Below, in pieces: positions 13,331 through 26,665 of a DNA stretch of 64,000 nucleotides. Each line of letters opens with the position of its first letter. Positions within the stretch are counted from its first letter, which is position 1. A program made the translations under genes and the position numbers. The DNA lies in contig CM121343.1 in NCBI GenBank assembly GCA_051530055.1, positions 6,666,389 through 6,730,388 of the forward strand, in the 5' to 3' direction. The notes beneath the pieces are model-generated. The model was given only the letters and a program-made list of their open reading frames with translations. It was not told the origin of the DNA and made no database searches. The DNA is from Neoechinorhynchus agilis. Lineage: Eukaryota > Animalia > Acanthocephala.

Positions 13331-14170
13331 GATTTACGCCTTTTATAATACTTATTCAGAGTTCCTTCTTTCGAAAATAATAATTTCATGAAAAGAGATC
13401 AAATTCTCACCCTAGGACATTTTTATGAAAACGAATGAGCGAATGATATTTTATAAGAGCGGTTAGGCTAATTATCGATATTCGCTAATGTTTCCACATT
13501 TTATATTGATTTTACACGTTAATGAACATTATCTTTGAATGTAGTAGTTTATTGCTCTTTTGACAATTAAAAATCCATAAGAAGAAAGATGAAAGGTGAT
13601 TTGATATTTGCTCGATTAAATTGAGAAACTACTAACGATTTCGGCGATTAAATACCAATATTTTGAAATGTGTGATTTATGATGCAACTCGAATCCTTTA
13701 CATAATTAAGCATATGAGAATCCGGAGGGACGTACAAAGTTCGAACCTCGTCGGGTAGTCAATTGCTAACAAACTGAGATGATGAACCCGACGAGGTTCG
13801 CAGAACGTCTTTAATCGAAATAATCATTTACCGCGGTTGTAGACTTCTAAAAAATAATTCTCTAATCACATTCCCCGGTACCTCCTCGCGCATATCGACA
13901 TCATTACCGTACGTTTTTGAGAGTTTAAGTTATTTAATCACTTCTCTGATGTAAGAGATCGGTGTGGCTTCATGCTAAGGAAAAACTAAAAAGCCCAGGA
14001 AGGAATGTCCTAAATCAGAATTATCAAATTTCGTTACTTTTTGATGAAATTGATCGGACATTGATAGGGTTTTTTTGTGTGGAAATCATGGTATATTTTA
14101 CAACAGAAAAGAGATTGTCACTGACATCCAGTTGCTGTAATATTTCAAAAACTTAAGAACGGATTTGAAG

Positions 14171-14400
14171 TGAGGTAACCTCAACAAGAGTCTCAAGAAA
14201 AAATGTCTTAAGGTGGACATTCAGTCTCTGTTACACCTCAAAAAACATCAGAACGAATTCTATGTGAGATAACTTTTACTATATGAGGTAACCTCTCAAG
14301 AGTTTGAAGGAAAATGTCTTAAAAATTTCGTAGGAACGAATATGATGTCAGATAACCTTTACTATTTGAGGTAACCTCAACATGAGTCCCAAGTAAGCAT
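14171..14400. repeat. Degenerate short tandem repeat (3 x TGAGGTAACCTC near-palindrome) upstream of the LRR gene
   Basis: TGAGGTAACCTC at ~14171, ~14284 and ~14367, with shared flanks (GATAACyTTTACTAT, AAAATGTCTTAA). Confidence 0.6.
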
Positions 14401-14447
14401 TTCTAAAAAGTGTGGTATAAAACGCGAGACAAGACTCGTAGTCCTCG

Positions 14448-15644
14448 ATGAATCTCCTACTCTTTGTCTTAAGTTTTCTATTTGTTCTCCTGGTTTACGG
14501 AGGTTCACGACCATCAGACAAATGTGTTATCCTTGATCCGATTGATGGGGATTTTTCGATTCAGTGTGCTTCAAAACATACCAATGCCACTACACCTATT
14601 GAAGCTTTAAGATCGAAAGCAAATGAATCAGCAGTCAGTCTTAACATTACAGGTATTGGTATCGATGATATTCCAAATAATCTATCGGGCATTCTACCAA
14701 GCGTTACCACCTTAAAGCTTGGATATCCGCCTTCAAAAAAGTTCGGGAGATGCACCGGAAAATGCACAAACAAGTTCTATAACATTGAGAAACTGGAATT
14801 GAGGTACGTTAATTTAATTGAAATGGAATTCAACAATTCGCTTCCGAAGCTCAAAGATTTAAGAATTATAGGCGGACAGATTACAAAACTGGATGACTCG
14901 TTTCAGGCAAAACTTCCTAATCTTGAAATTCTTAGTATTATTGCAACTGAACTGTCAAGTCTTGGAGTAATCAAAAATATTTGTTCACTTCGGCGCTTAT
15001 CCCTGGATTACAATAAGATAACTTCACTCGATATTGACAGCGCAACTTGTTTCAAAAACCTTACCAGACTTACACTGCACGGAAACGTGATTCAATCGGT
15101 CAAAATCGATCACGACGCTCTACCACAACTCAAATATCTTCTACTGGATTTCCATGGCGATCCTAATCAATTAATCACAGGTCTGAAGTTACCAGAACTG
15201 ATAAGATTGAGTATAAGAAAGTCGAATAGTAAGGAATTTAATGTTCCTAACCTGGAAAAGTTACCTAAACTGAAAGTAATGTATTTTGAGGAAGGCAAAT
15301 TGGAAAGAGTTCCGATTGGTAACCAACAGACTAAGGAAAATATAAATATCCTTAGCCTTGCAAATAACAATATCAGCATTGTAAATGAATCGGATTTTGA
15401 AGAATGGACGAATCTAAATATACTTTATTTAGAACGAAACAACATCAAGAAGTTATCATCGAATTCATTCTCGAAGCTGATTAGTTTATGGTATCTTGAT
15501 TTAAGCGACAACTCAATTTCGGAATCATACACCAATGTTTTACTAGGTCTACCAAGTGATACAAGAGTGTTCCTTAACGGAAATCCGATAACTACTATTC
15601 CGCCATCTATTCTTGCACCTGTAACGAGTGCAAACGAATCTTAA
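14448..15644 (+). CDS. Secreted leucine-rich-repeat protein, single exon, 398 aa
   Basis: Hydrophobic N-terminal signal peptide; ~10 LxxLxLxxNxI repeats; no TM segment seen. Confidence 0.85.
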   Translation: MNLLLFVLSFLFVLLVYGGSRPSDKCVILDPIDGDFSIQCASKHTNATTPIEALRSKANESAVSLNITGIGIDDIPNNLSGILPSVTTLKLGYPPSKKFGRCTGKCTNKFYNIEKLELRYVNLIEMEFNNSLPKLKDLRIIGGQITKLDDSFQAKLPNLEILSIIATELSSLGVIKNICSLRRLSLDYNKITSLDIDSATCFKNLTRLTLHGNVIQSVKIDHDALPQLKYLLLDFHGDPNQLITGLKLPELIRLSIRKSNSKEFNVPNLEKLPKLKVMYFEEGKLERVPIGNQQTKENINILSLANNNISIVNESDFEEWTNLNILYLERNNIKKLSSNSFSKLISLWYLDLSDNSISESYTNVLLGLPSDTRVFLNGNPITTIPPSILAPVTSANES

Positions 15645-16323
15645 TAAAATCCATAAACGGAAAAAAAGTCAATAAATTAAATGACGATTTACCGTGTGGA
15701 GTTGTGCGCTTAAATAGTGAAATCACGTAACCAAAGTCATCGGATTTCGAAATCAATGAGCGCCATGTTCATCCGAAACTCCTTTTAAAGTAAAATCACT
15801 TGCTCCAATCTTGTTTTTCTCTTCTACTTTTCTCACAATCGATACAAAGTATCTTTACGCCCATTCATTTTATTTCTATTGCTGGATAAAATCATAGCCG
15901 TCAACTATTAGTTCAAATTAATTTTAATTGGTGTTAGAATTTTTGAATAATATTTGGTTCGATTCTACTTCGTGTTCTTAATGTCTTGTTTGTCCCACAT
16001 TTGAGATAGATCGCAGTTGAAACATGGAATCTTGTAGACACGACCAGAAATACCATTCTTTGGCCGAAGTGCTGTTTGGAGAGTCCTGCCCTTCTTGTTA
16101 TGTCAATCTTTTTGATCACAGCTTCCATTTTTTAGCGACAAACGAACAATTTCGAAAAAGAAGGATTGCCGAGCACCAAAGAGCGATTCGTGCGCGGAGT
16201 GGACGATAGAGGCCATAATGATACAAAAAAACGGATACGCTTGTGGGCAACAAAGCGGATTACACACTCAATCTGCGGATCCCATCGGATAAACGAAATT
16301 GAGTGCTTCTTGAGTGCATTTCA

Positions 16324-16394
16324 GATAGACCGAAGAAGGCCTACGCGAAACCCGAAAATTATCAAATAAATCAATTATTTGATAATTCGCTATC
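16324..16394 (+). ncRNA. Degenerate type-I hammerhead ribozyme motif with full helix III
   Basis: GATAG-A-CCGAAGA-A-GGCCT..CCC-GAAA-ATTATCAAA..TTTGATAAT-T-C-GCTATC; helices I and III pair, the core (U4>C) and stem II are damaged; same family as 2249-2285. Confidence 0.6.
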
Positions 16395-16419
16395 AAATTT
16401 TTTAAGGTTTTTCAACTCG

Positions 16420-17500
16420 CGTCGGTCGAAACATTTTTATTTTCAAGATGATCCTTCACGTAAGATCTTTTATCAAGTGAAAGGATTGCCACGAGGCTAT
16501 CTCCCATCATTTTTTGTCGCGACACCCAATTCATCGTTGTATGCAGACGATCTTACGGCAGTAATTAGGAGTCCAATTACTTGGCTGCTATCTCGAGCCT
16601 ATCCTCTCTTTTTGACTTTCTTCGGCAATCTCTCGCTAAAATGGGTCTCTCTCACTAAACCTAAAAAACTTGGGTAGACGTAAAATCCAAGTGAATTTTT
16701 CGCAAACATTCTACATAAAGATATTCCTTATTACCAAAAAATCAACATTCTGGGCTATACTTTTACCAAAAATCTCACAATCAAAGACGACTTAACTGCT
16801 CAAACTCGCCCAGCTGCGGGCCAGACGCGTTAACAACCTCGGATTAGACCACAAGACAATTAAAACAATCTGAAATTCATGGGCTATTTCCGGCCTCGTC
16901 TTTTACTCCAGAGGTCCACCGCCTGACAAATCCTTGCATTTTCTGTGCAGCTTTCTCGACGTTCTATCTAAACTCTCCTATTCTTGGGCTGTAAAGGTGG
17001 CTTGATCTTTGAAGGATCGATCTTTATCTACAGCTTTTTTTCCGTCAAGCTAATATCCTTTTCCCGAATAAATCTGTGTGATTAAATATTTTTATTACCG
17101 AACATAATTGTATTTCGGTCTAATGTCAAGGTTTTCAGAAAGAGAAACCAGTGCACTCTGCGTTGGCCGATGTAACTCCAGTTTTATAAACTTTAACTCT
17201 TCTATCCGTGCCATTTTAACCGCTGATTTCCCTCAGGCTTTTGACAAAATTCTTTTAAATTTTATAATCGAAATATTGGAATTTTTTGAGGTCCCTTGCA
17301 TTCTTTTCTCCAGGATATGTAATATTTTATTCGCGAAATCTTTTTATTAGGACGATGACTCCTCTAAATCTCTTCCCGGCGTTCCGTAAAGTTCGCCGAT
17401 CTCTCCTAATTTATTTCTCCTGGCTTCCCACTACATTGTACAAAAATTTAAGCTTCAACGACCCGTTATGCAGATTACTTTAATTAAACAATGTACAAAA
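16420..17500 (+). mobile_element. Highly decayed L2/CR1/Jockey-type RT fragments
   Basis: GLPRGYLPSFF (GVPQG-like), SLYADDL, INILGYTFTKNL, and separately AILTADFPQAFDKI; the motif order implies two pieces. Confidence 0.55.
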
Positions 17501-17639
17501 AATGAACCTTTTATTTAGAAAAAGCTTAATGCATTTTCAAAGTTCATTCGAGTCGGCATCGCAAAGATCTTAGTCTTCTTCAATAATCTCATGGACCTCG
17601 ATAATAATAAATCCAATAGTAATCCTAATATCCGAATAA

Positions 17640-20395
17640 ACTTCGTATCCTCAGACATACTCTTAATCAATTCGTGGATTGTCGACTGACTTCTCAACCG
17701 CATGTTATCTTTTCGATTGTTCTTATTTGAGCAATTTAGGCGGATGGAAACAAATTTATCAATTTTCACCAATATTTCGGCGTTTCCTTCCGCTGCTGAT
17801 CTCGTGGGTGTTCTTCATAGGAACATTCTGAAACGGATCCCAAAGGGCGCACGATATCTAGTAGCTAAAGGATTCACCACACTTCTGCTGGACTGCTTCG
17901 AGCAGAATTCAGTCCTCTTGGACACGGCTCTTTGCTTTTCCCAGACTAATACTTTCCGTTAGCGACAGTTGGGAGGAGTCCCTCACTGCGGTAATCAAAA
18001 GACGCCTCGTTTCCTTTGAGGAAAGTTTCCTGAGCATTCGTCGTTTAGCAAGGGAGGATCCCAAACAACGTGCGAATGAGACTAACTGTCATGGAACATC
18101 TACGAGACCGCTTACTGAGCGCGTATTTTCAAAACTCGCTGGTGGAGAAGTTCTGGGAGCAGTCCGTATTTTGTCCTTCTCTGATACGTTTGCAAGTGAT
18201 TCGCCGTCCACACTTCAGGGTTTAAAGTTGAAGCATTGGCAAAGTTCAACCCAAACAGAAATTCCTACATGTTCCGGCCCTCAAAGACACTCCACTTTGA
18301 CAGTTGAACTGAGAATGGCCATATCCGCCTTCGCCAATAGCTCTGGCCATGGCCTCGATGGCCTTCATCCTCAGCGCCTAAAGGATATGATGTCGTTCTC
18401 AGTTGGAGATGCAGGCCACTCCCTTGCTACCCATCTTTGTCGACTAGTCAACCTTTTCATCGAAGAAAATTTACATCCGCGGACAATTGAGTTATTTTTT
18501 GGTGCATCTTTGTGCACTTTGAACAAAAAGACTGGTGGGATTCGTCCCATCGCCGTTGGCTCTGCTCTACGTCGGCTCGCGGGTAAAATCCTTTGCAAGC
18601 GTATTGCAGAAGGGATAGGACAGCAACTTCGCCCAGTCCAACTGGAATGCTACACATCCTGCGGGGCCGAAGCCATTGTCCACGCACTCCGCCAGTTTAT
18701 CACCGACAGTTCAACGCCGTGTGTGATTTTGAAGTACGACTTTACAAATGCCTTCAATTTCATTCACCGTACCGCTCTGTTTGAGTCACGTACCAGAAGC
18801 TTTTTCTTATTTTCTCAACGTATACGGGACTCCGACTCCTTTGCTGTTCAACGACCACCTCATTTGGCCCGAAAGAGGAGTACAGCAGGGAGACCCTCTC
18901 GGTCCAATCGATTTCCCCCTTGCAGTGAATCCAATAGAGCACTCTCTTGAGTCCAGCTTTAACGCTTGGTACCTGAACGACGCTACGCCCGGAGGTGATC
19001 CCTCCGTAGTACTGCGCGATCTGGAGACACTCGTAAGGGAGACTGCGAGATTGGGCTTTGAGCTTAATGCAGGGAAATGCGAATTGTTGGTAATGAACAT
19101 CGAAGACGAGTCATCGCAGAGCGAAATCGTCAAAGGTTTTAGAAATCTGTCACGCGGTTTAGAATTGATCACTCTAGACCGGCTGAGTCTTCTAGGGAGC
19201 TGCGTTTTCGATTCAAATGTGGAAAATAAAATCGATTATCTACTCCCGAACATCACGATGCTGTGCGATAGAGTCCGGGAACTTTCGTCACACGAGGCTC
19301 TATTCCTGATCAAGAATACCCTCTTCATCCCGAAACTCCTTTGTAAACTCCGTACGGCTTCCTTCTTCAAGCACGTCGATAAGTTAAAGAAGCTCGATGA
19401 CATTGTGAAGGCGTATCTCGAGCACATTTTAAATATCCAGCTATCAGACGAGGCCTGGCGACAAGCTTCTGTATCGTCCGGTGGCTTGGGTATTCCAAAA
19501 ACAGTAGATGTGTCGTTGCCAGCGTTTTTACGATCATTCGAATTGAGTAGGGATCTGGTAAAACGTACATTGGGACCAATGTTCTGTTTAGCGGACGAAT
19601 TTCTAGAAGCGGTCCATGAATGGTCGGAGAAGACGGGTTACAACCAAGTTCCCGTGAATGAAGCAGCCTATCTGGTATAAATCTTTAGTCGCTCAAGCTC
19701 ATAGTTCTCTAATTTCAAGCTCTCGCGACGAAGTCGAACGGGCTAGATTGCTGGCAGTCTCTACAAGAGAACCGGGAGCATGGTTAAAAGCCCTATCCAT
19801 TGCATCCGTGGGAACACTCCTCGTAGACGAAACGAACATCGCTGCCGGTGTGGAATGATCATGGATCCACTGGAGGGACATGGTTCTGTTTGCAACAATT
19901 CAGGGGGGCGTTTCTCACGGAATGCTGAATTGAACGACGTAATTTCGCGTGCCCTGAATACGGTGAGCCAAGCAACCTGTGCCGACTCGATGGTCGTCGT
20001 CCAGATGACGTCACCGTATTCCCGTGGCGAGAAGGCAAATGTCTTCTCTGGGACGCCCGTTCGCGGCAAGTAACGGGAGGTTTGTGGTGCAGTCCCCGGG
20101 GTGTCGCGGAGGACCGAAAGGTGGCGAAATATAGAGAATTAAGTGCGCTCGGTAGCTCGGCGCTTGGATTTATGAAGGAGTTATGCAGAGTAGACTCCAG
20201 ACCAAGGCAGGAAATACAAGAGCTGGTGCCTTCCTACGCCAAAACATTGTGTGGTCGCGATCCAAGGAGGAAACGCAACGAGTGTGTTCGCGACCACTGA
20301 GGGGAGAGCGATGCCTCTTCTTCGTGGACGGTGGTGATTGTTTAAACGTTTTGTTGTTGTGTGTAAATGAAAGAGTTGCTTTCAAAAAAATGCTT
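17640..20395 (+). mobile_element. Near-full-length decayed CRE-clade non-LTR retrotransposon (RT, CCHC finger, RLE)
   Basis: LKRIPKGAR, GGIRPIAVGSALRRL, KYDFTNAFN, GVQQGDPLGP, WYLND (YLDD mutated), CRCG..GHGSVC..RNAELNDVISRAL, RKVAKYRELSALGSSAL; several frameshifts. Confidence 0.9.
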
Positions 20396-20683
20396 CAGGT
20401 TCCCGAATAGCACACGTGCGTGCGTTGTTCAGAACCGTGAAAACGGAGTAAAACTCCGAAATATCGGTCCAAAATGAAAACATTTATTTTCAATCGCTTC
20501 AGTTGCTTAGATAACGACGATCGAAAACATACTGTCAATATAAATCTTTTTACTAAAACTGACGTGAATGCTCCAGATCCCAATTAGGCTCAACGGATTC
20601 AAATCCGTTACCGCCGCATAACCAAAAGGTGACGAAATACCTCGATGAAGAGAAGAAACTCACTGATGAGTCCCGGAGCACTC

Positions 20684-21134
20684 AGCGCAGACCAGCGCTT
20701 CCCAGACTAAAATCGGTGGACTGTGTGTTCATTTGGCCGTAAAAAAGACTACCAGCTGAGCCTCCGATGAAAATGCTAAAAAATGAAAATTCTTTTACCG
20801 AGGTATTCAACTTGGAACAGCTTTTAAATATATTTTATCCACATGGAAAGCTTGGGATATCTCGGTGGTTTCGGGCTGAAGATCTGAAATGGTTCTGTCT
20901 ACTGAGGATCCGACGAGCGCAGACCAGCGCTTCCCAGACTAAAATCGGTGGACTGTGTGTTCATTTGGCCGTAAAAAAGACTACCAGCTGAGCCTCCGAT
21001 GAAAATGCTAAAAAATGAAAATTCTTTTACCGAGGTATTCAACTTGGAACAGCTTTTAAATATATTTTATCCACATGGAAAGCTTGGGATATCTCGGTGG
21101 TTTCGGGCTGAAGATCTGAAATGGTTCTGTCTAC
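20684..21134. repeat. Two apparently identical 219-bp direct repeats (20684-20902, 20916-21134)
   Basis: Read directly; 13-nt spacer. Confidence 0.95.
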
Positions 21135-21279
21135 AGAACGAAAACTTTCTAAGATAAAGGAAATGGTACAGACTTTATCGGCTGATGATCAACCACTGTA
21201 CAACGTTCTGCAACCTTTCAAACATTCGAATGAAAAAAAAATTTAATTTAGAATTTCGTTAGATCACTTTTATCCGCAC

Positions 21280-22647
21280 TTAATAACTTCTGTAGAACTC
21301 TTTGGCCCGTAATATCGCTATAGAAAGAATACTACGGATTTCGTCTTTATTCGGTACTACATCAATAACGTTCTGCATCAGAAAAATCAACGTTGATTCG
21401 AATTCACTGAAATAATGGTAGGTTTCCAAAGCGATTTGTGTTTTCATGGTCTTAAAGAAGTTAGCGTTTCGGATGACTTTAACGTTTTCTTCAATAAAAT
21501 CAAGACACATAAGGAAGGATCTGCAAAGAGCTTCAAATTTCTCGCGATGTTTTCCGATCGCATACGAGTAATCTTTAAGACGCAAATCTTTTTGTTTGAT
21601 CACATTGGCTATCATCGCCAGTGATTTATCAAGAGGAACTCCATCATTGCATGCCCTTTTTCTAATCCAGTATTTGAATAAGAACTCAAGAACACGTTCA
21701 CAACTCTGCGAATTATACTTCTCATTCAATCCATTTCGTAGCATCTCCACTGATAGATCATCAATGAGAATCTCTTGTCTTGGTCGAAAAGATGTGTCGA
21801 TATGTGCCAGAACGAAGCTAGAAAACCTTTTAGCACGGATTGAAACGGGTACAATATTGGTATGATGGCGATAACATAAAAATTGGACTGTGGGCTTCGG
21901 ATCTTCACCTATAACTTGTATTTCATACCCAACCGATTGTCCACATGTCGGATGGAACATCATTTTACACCCTTTCTTAGCGCAGCTCACAATGTTGCCG
22001 AGCTTTCCTTGACAGACGACGCATTTGGATCCATTTCCTTTATTGTTAGCCTCCAACATTTTAAAATCGATGCTGTAATATACATTGCCGATTGAACGTT
22101 CATGATGAGACATTGAAGGGAAGGTGTCGGCGCAAACACTGTGGACAAATCTGGTACATTCCATCGCTGCTCCATGAGGCGATTGGATATTGATGACCTT
22201 CACTCGCCTCATCGCCGCGCATGGCTCACTGCGAGGACAAAGTATGCATTTTAGTGCATCCGCGTCTTCAGGCAACGGACAATACAAACACTTTTCACAC
22301 AACCAATCCCCGCTGGGTATCTTTTCTACTCCGTAGCACGCTGTATGGACCACCATGTCACATCTTTCACAAAGAATGAAATTCCCAACTCCACCATGAT
22401 GATCTCGAAGACATATTGCACACACCCATAATTCCTCTGACTGCAGTGGAGGATTCGGCTCCGCAAAGAAACATGCATTCTCCGCAGCGTTCAAAAACCA
22501 TTCCAACGTGCCGGCGTCGATCTTCACATCAATTCCCTCCTTATTAAGATGTATATTGATAAGATCCAAATCGAAAATATCGCCTTTATTCAGTTTGTAC
22601 TGACTTACCACTTTAAGTTGAGAATCTGGAGTCTCGGTCAATGACAT
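21280..22647 (-). CDS. PHD / Zn-knuckle / extended-PHD (PZP) chromatin reader, JADE/BRPF-like, single exon, 455 aa
   Basis: CAIC..CERC..VHTACYGV..GDWLCEKC; CILCP..HSVC; CVVC..CAKKGC..FHPTC; YWIRKR..DGVPL resembles the BRPF/JADE YWxLKR..NGVPL motif; no bromodomain. Confidence 0.88.
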   Translation of the reverse strand: MSLTETPDSQLKVVSQYKLNKGDIFDLDLINIHLNKEGIDVKIDAGTLEWFLNAAENACFFAEPNPPLQSEELWVCAICLRDHHGGVGNFILCERCDMVVHTACYGVEKIPSGDWLCEKCLYCPLPEDADALKCILCPRSEPCAAMRRVKVINIQSPHGAAMECTRFVHSVCADTFPSMSHHERSIGNVYYSIDFKMLEANNKGNGSKCVVCQGKLGNIVSCAKKGCKMMFHPTCGQSVGYEIQVIGEDPKPTVQFLCYRHHTNIVPVSIRAKRFSSFVLAHIDTSFRPRQEILIDDLSVEMLRNGLNEKYNSQSCERVLEFLFKYWIRKRACNDGVPLDKSLAMIANVIKQKDLRLKDYSYAIGKHREKFEALCRSFLMCLDFIEENVKVIRNANFFKTMKTQIALETYHYFSEFESTLIFLMQNVIDVVPNKDEIRSILSIAILRAKEFYRSY

Positions 22648-23189
22648 GGCCAGGTTCGTTACTTATAAAATGTATTACTGTTTAGTATTTGATCAGAAAC
22701 CTTATCTGAAAAGAACGGACAATCACCGGTGCATAAACGCTCACAAACAAAATGCCCATTTTTGGAAAAGGCGAAAACGTTTCGAAAGGTTCTAAATATC
22801 ACATTTAAATTCGGTGATCATTTTAATCATCGAAATTCCGATTTTATATTGAAATATGAGAACCGCTTCCTATGTCAATGACTTTTATACTCCAAGTACA
22901 ATGATTCTCTATTTCCCTTTCCATAACAGCAGTTTACTTCTAAAATTCGTTTCAGCACCGTCCTATGACCAACGAGTGCTCTAACATGTCATTATTATTG
23001 CAAATTGAAAGGATCAGTCGGTTCAATCTGGCTCAGCAAACTATAAAAAGTGCCAACTAATGAAGACGCCTAAAATCGAGCACTATTGCAAAACGAGCAA
23101 AGAAATTAAAAGTGCTAAAGTGAGTCGCACGGAATGTTGCGTAGAAAATCACGCAAGATAGAAATTTAACCGGATTATTAGTCTTCCAC

Positions 23190-23985
23190 TTTTTAAAGGG
23201 AATTTGAGCTCCTTTAAATCAGTGGAACTCTCATTATTGAATATAAAAGATAAACTGGATTATTCGTGACCTCCTTTTTAAAAGGAATTTAATGGGAAAA
23301 CGATAACTAAGCTTCTTTAATCAGTGGAACTCATTATTGAATATAAAAGATAAACTGGATTATTCGTGACCTCCTTTTTAAAAGGAATTTAATGGAAAAA
23401 TGATAACTAAGCTTCTTTAAATCAGTGGAACTCTCATTATTGAATATAAAAGATAAACTGGATTATTCGCCTCCGACTTTTTAAAAGGAATTTAATGGGA
23501 AAATGATAACTTAGCTTCTTTAAATCAGTGGAACTCTCATTATTGAATATAAAAGATAAACTGGATTATTCGCCTCCGCCTTTTTAAAAGGAATTTAATG
23601 GGAAAATGATAACTTAGCTTCTTTAATCAGTGGAACTCTCATTATTGAATATAAAAGATAAACTGGATTATTCTTGACCTCCTTTTTAAAAGGAATTTGA
23701 GGAGAAAACGATAACTAAGCTTCTTTAAATCAGTGGAACTCTCATTATTGAATATAAAAGATAAAGTGGATTATTCGTGACCTCCTTTTTAAAAGGAATT
23801 TGAGGAGAAAACGATAACTAAGCTTCTTTAATCAGTGGAACTCTCATTATTGAATATAAAAGATAAACTGGATTATGAATGACCTCCTTTTTAAAAGGAA
23901 TTTAAGGAGAAAATGATAACTTAGCTCCTTTAATCAGTGGAACTCCGATTATTAGATATAAAAGATTAAATAGATTATTCGAAGT
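23190..23985. repeat. Tandem array, ~102-bp unit, ~7.5 copies
   Basis: AATCAGTGG at 23217, 23319, 23420, 23523, 23625, 23728, 23830, 23932. Confidence 0.95.
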
Positions 23986-24819
23986 CTAAAGTCACAAAAA
24001 TGACGAATTTTTAAAACTTTAAGAACAAATTCAAAAGGTATTAGAATTTCACTCCGAATAAACAAGATCGGTCGCCGAAGTTACGATTCCACGAAGATCC
24101 CTCCATGACCGTCCATTTGCGTGCGTCGATACGCCATCCACTTACCTTCCGCTCCTGGAGAGGTCGCTAGAAAAAATTTGGAACGTCCGATGCAGTTCGC
24201 AACCTCGGGTATTTATACTTTTGCAGGTTTGGCTCGTGCGTTTACACTTTGCGCGCGGTCAGTCCCGAGGGTAATTGCGCGCCATAATCACGCGTCGTTG
24301 TGCGCATTTTTCACGGGCGCCTACGTCATTTTATAATCAATCGAGAGGTGAGGGATCGGGTTTAAAGCCGATGTCCAATCAGGATATCAAATCGAATCTT
24401 TTACTTTTTTGCAGGGATCAAATACTTCTTTAGCTCACCCAATCTGGTGCCATTGACTGTTCAATCAAAGAAATTGCGGTTCAAGATTTGGAATATGGAT
24501 CATATAAAGAAAGCAAAAAGAAATCTAACCATTTTCTTTGCTTTTTAAGAAGAAAATCTATTTTCGGTTCCTTCACACGAAATCCATTTTTCATGCTTTT
24601 CCTATTGGAACGAAATATTTATTTTGACAAATATTCCGGAATTTTATTCCTTCTTCCAAAACAACCTAGGGAAAAAGTTAAAGTCAATGAGGACGCTAAC
24701 TCGTACCCTGCGGCCCCCAAGGGCTAAATACGACTCAAGGTTCCACCAAGGTCAACGGGTCAAACTTTCGACTTTCGTGAGGTTCCCAGCGAGAGATCCA
24801 TTCTAACTTAAGCAACGGA

Positions 24820-25448
24820 GGGACGAGCTAACCTCTTCATGGACTTTGTTTTAACTCCTTACCGTGAAGAAAGAGTAAACCTCTGAAATATTAGTCCAAA
24901 TTCCTTTCAATCGCGTAAAGTGCTGATGGCTGGGAATTTGTAAGTTATCGCCTTAAACTCCATTTGAACCTTTGAGGGGGTTAGACTCGGTGACTCGTTT
25001 GTGCGAGCCGGCGGTCAAGGGTCCTTTTCATCGCCTTCAATGGCTCGAAGTTCGATTCACACGGCGATGAATTGAGATAAACAAGCTCTTAACCCAAATA
25101 ACCACGAATCGCAATGTTAAGAAACTTATCGGTGTTAAAATCGAGCAATGAAACCAAACAAGTTTTAAACGCTCTAATCTCTGTTCCAAGTTCTACTCGT
25201 CTACGTTTTCAAAATACACCGTCGATCAATTCAGTTTTATCAATGATAATCATTGGCCGGCGGCTACCGAAAAATGTGATTAATTCATTCGTTATATTTC
25301 AATTAACGGGACGAGCTAACCTCTTCATTGACTTTGTTTTAACTCCTTACCGTGAAGAAAGAGTAAACCTCTGAAATATTAGTCCAAATTCCTTTCAATC
25401 GCGTAAAGTGCTGATGGCTGGGAATTTGTAAGTTATCGCCTTAAACTC
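24820..25448. repeat. 141-bp direct repeat pair (24820-24960, 25308-25448)
   Basis: GGGACGAGCTAACCTC...CCTTAAACTC is present twice, near-identical. Confidence 0.9.
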
Positions 25449-25713
25449 TAGAAAAATTAGAATTTATTTTACCTTAGAATTAAACTAGCAGTTCTTTACA
25501 TTACATTGGACCCATTACATGTCATCGCAGCGTTGCCACGCTGGACCGCCAGACTCAAGTTTTGCCTGTCGCCCCAGTTCAATCACGAATTCCGCTAAAT
25601 CAGAAACTCTCGAGTCTTAGGAGTAGATCAATGCTTTGAGATTATTTAGCCAACAAGAAGCCGGTCGCCGATTAAATTCCAGTAAATCTAAGGACGTTAT
25701 TTTATGTAAAAGG

Positions 25714-26367
25714 ACCTGTAACCACAGCAACTACATTCGTTTGAAAATCAATCAACGGAGAGACCAAAGTCAATCGAACGATTAAACACGATGAGTCTTG
25801 TTTGCTATTTGCAGAATGCCGATTCAAGGATGCTACAAAAGTTCAGGACAAAGGTGAACGTAAAGGAGCATTCAAAGTTTCCATTTCATCTTCACGGTCC
25901 TCGTGGTATTATATATCTAAACGTTATCGCCATTAGCCGCTTGATTCCAACCAATGACGTGAGAAAACGGTGACAATAAAACGAAGTTATCATTCGAATT
26001 AGAAATCATTCATACGTTGAACAAATATCGAATCGATAATGATCACCATAATCTCTAAAAAGACGTTGTAAATATCTTTTTGGTTGCATGAATTTATTTT
26101 GAACCTTAAATCACAAGAATTAAGAAGGAAGCATTTTTACAATGCACCAAATACATTTTGTCTTTCTCAAGAAAGTGCAACTAATTTCCTTCATTTGTCA
26201 AATGGTTCAGGAGTTTCAGACTAGCGATCAAAACTCACAATGAATGTAACGTAGACATTTAAGATAAAAAAATTTACCATTTAACCAAATACACCAAAGT
26301 TACAATCACGATTCGTCAGCTTCAAACCTTGCTCAAATTTCCAAGATTCTAAGAACGTTGATTCCAA
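25714..26367 (+). repeat. Dispersed repeat, copy A; copy B at 30201-30557 lacks ~25899-26194
   Basis: ACCTGTAACC..CATCTTCACGGT and TTTGTCAAATG..GATTCCAA blocks are shared with 30201-30557. Confidence 0.9.
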
Positions 26368-26665
26368 GAACGTTGAAGATTTTCTATGCGATTGGAATTG
26401 TAACGCTAACTATTGGAAATATTTATTGGTCGAACCGATAGTGTAATCTTAGTACCACTAAAACATTTAGAGCATTTGGCTCATGGCGACAGTTTTTACT
26501 CCGCTGTATTTCAGAATGATATTCTCTAAAACTTTTAGATAAATCATTCGAAAAAACATGTTAAATCAGTCAGCCCAAATGCATTATTTGATCCTACTGT
26601 GCTATCTCCATATCCGAACGATATTTCAGTTTCGCTATATTTCTGAACTCATCAACCATAAATCT

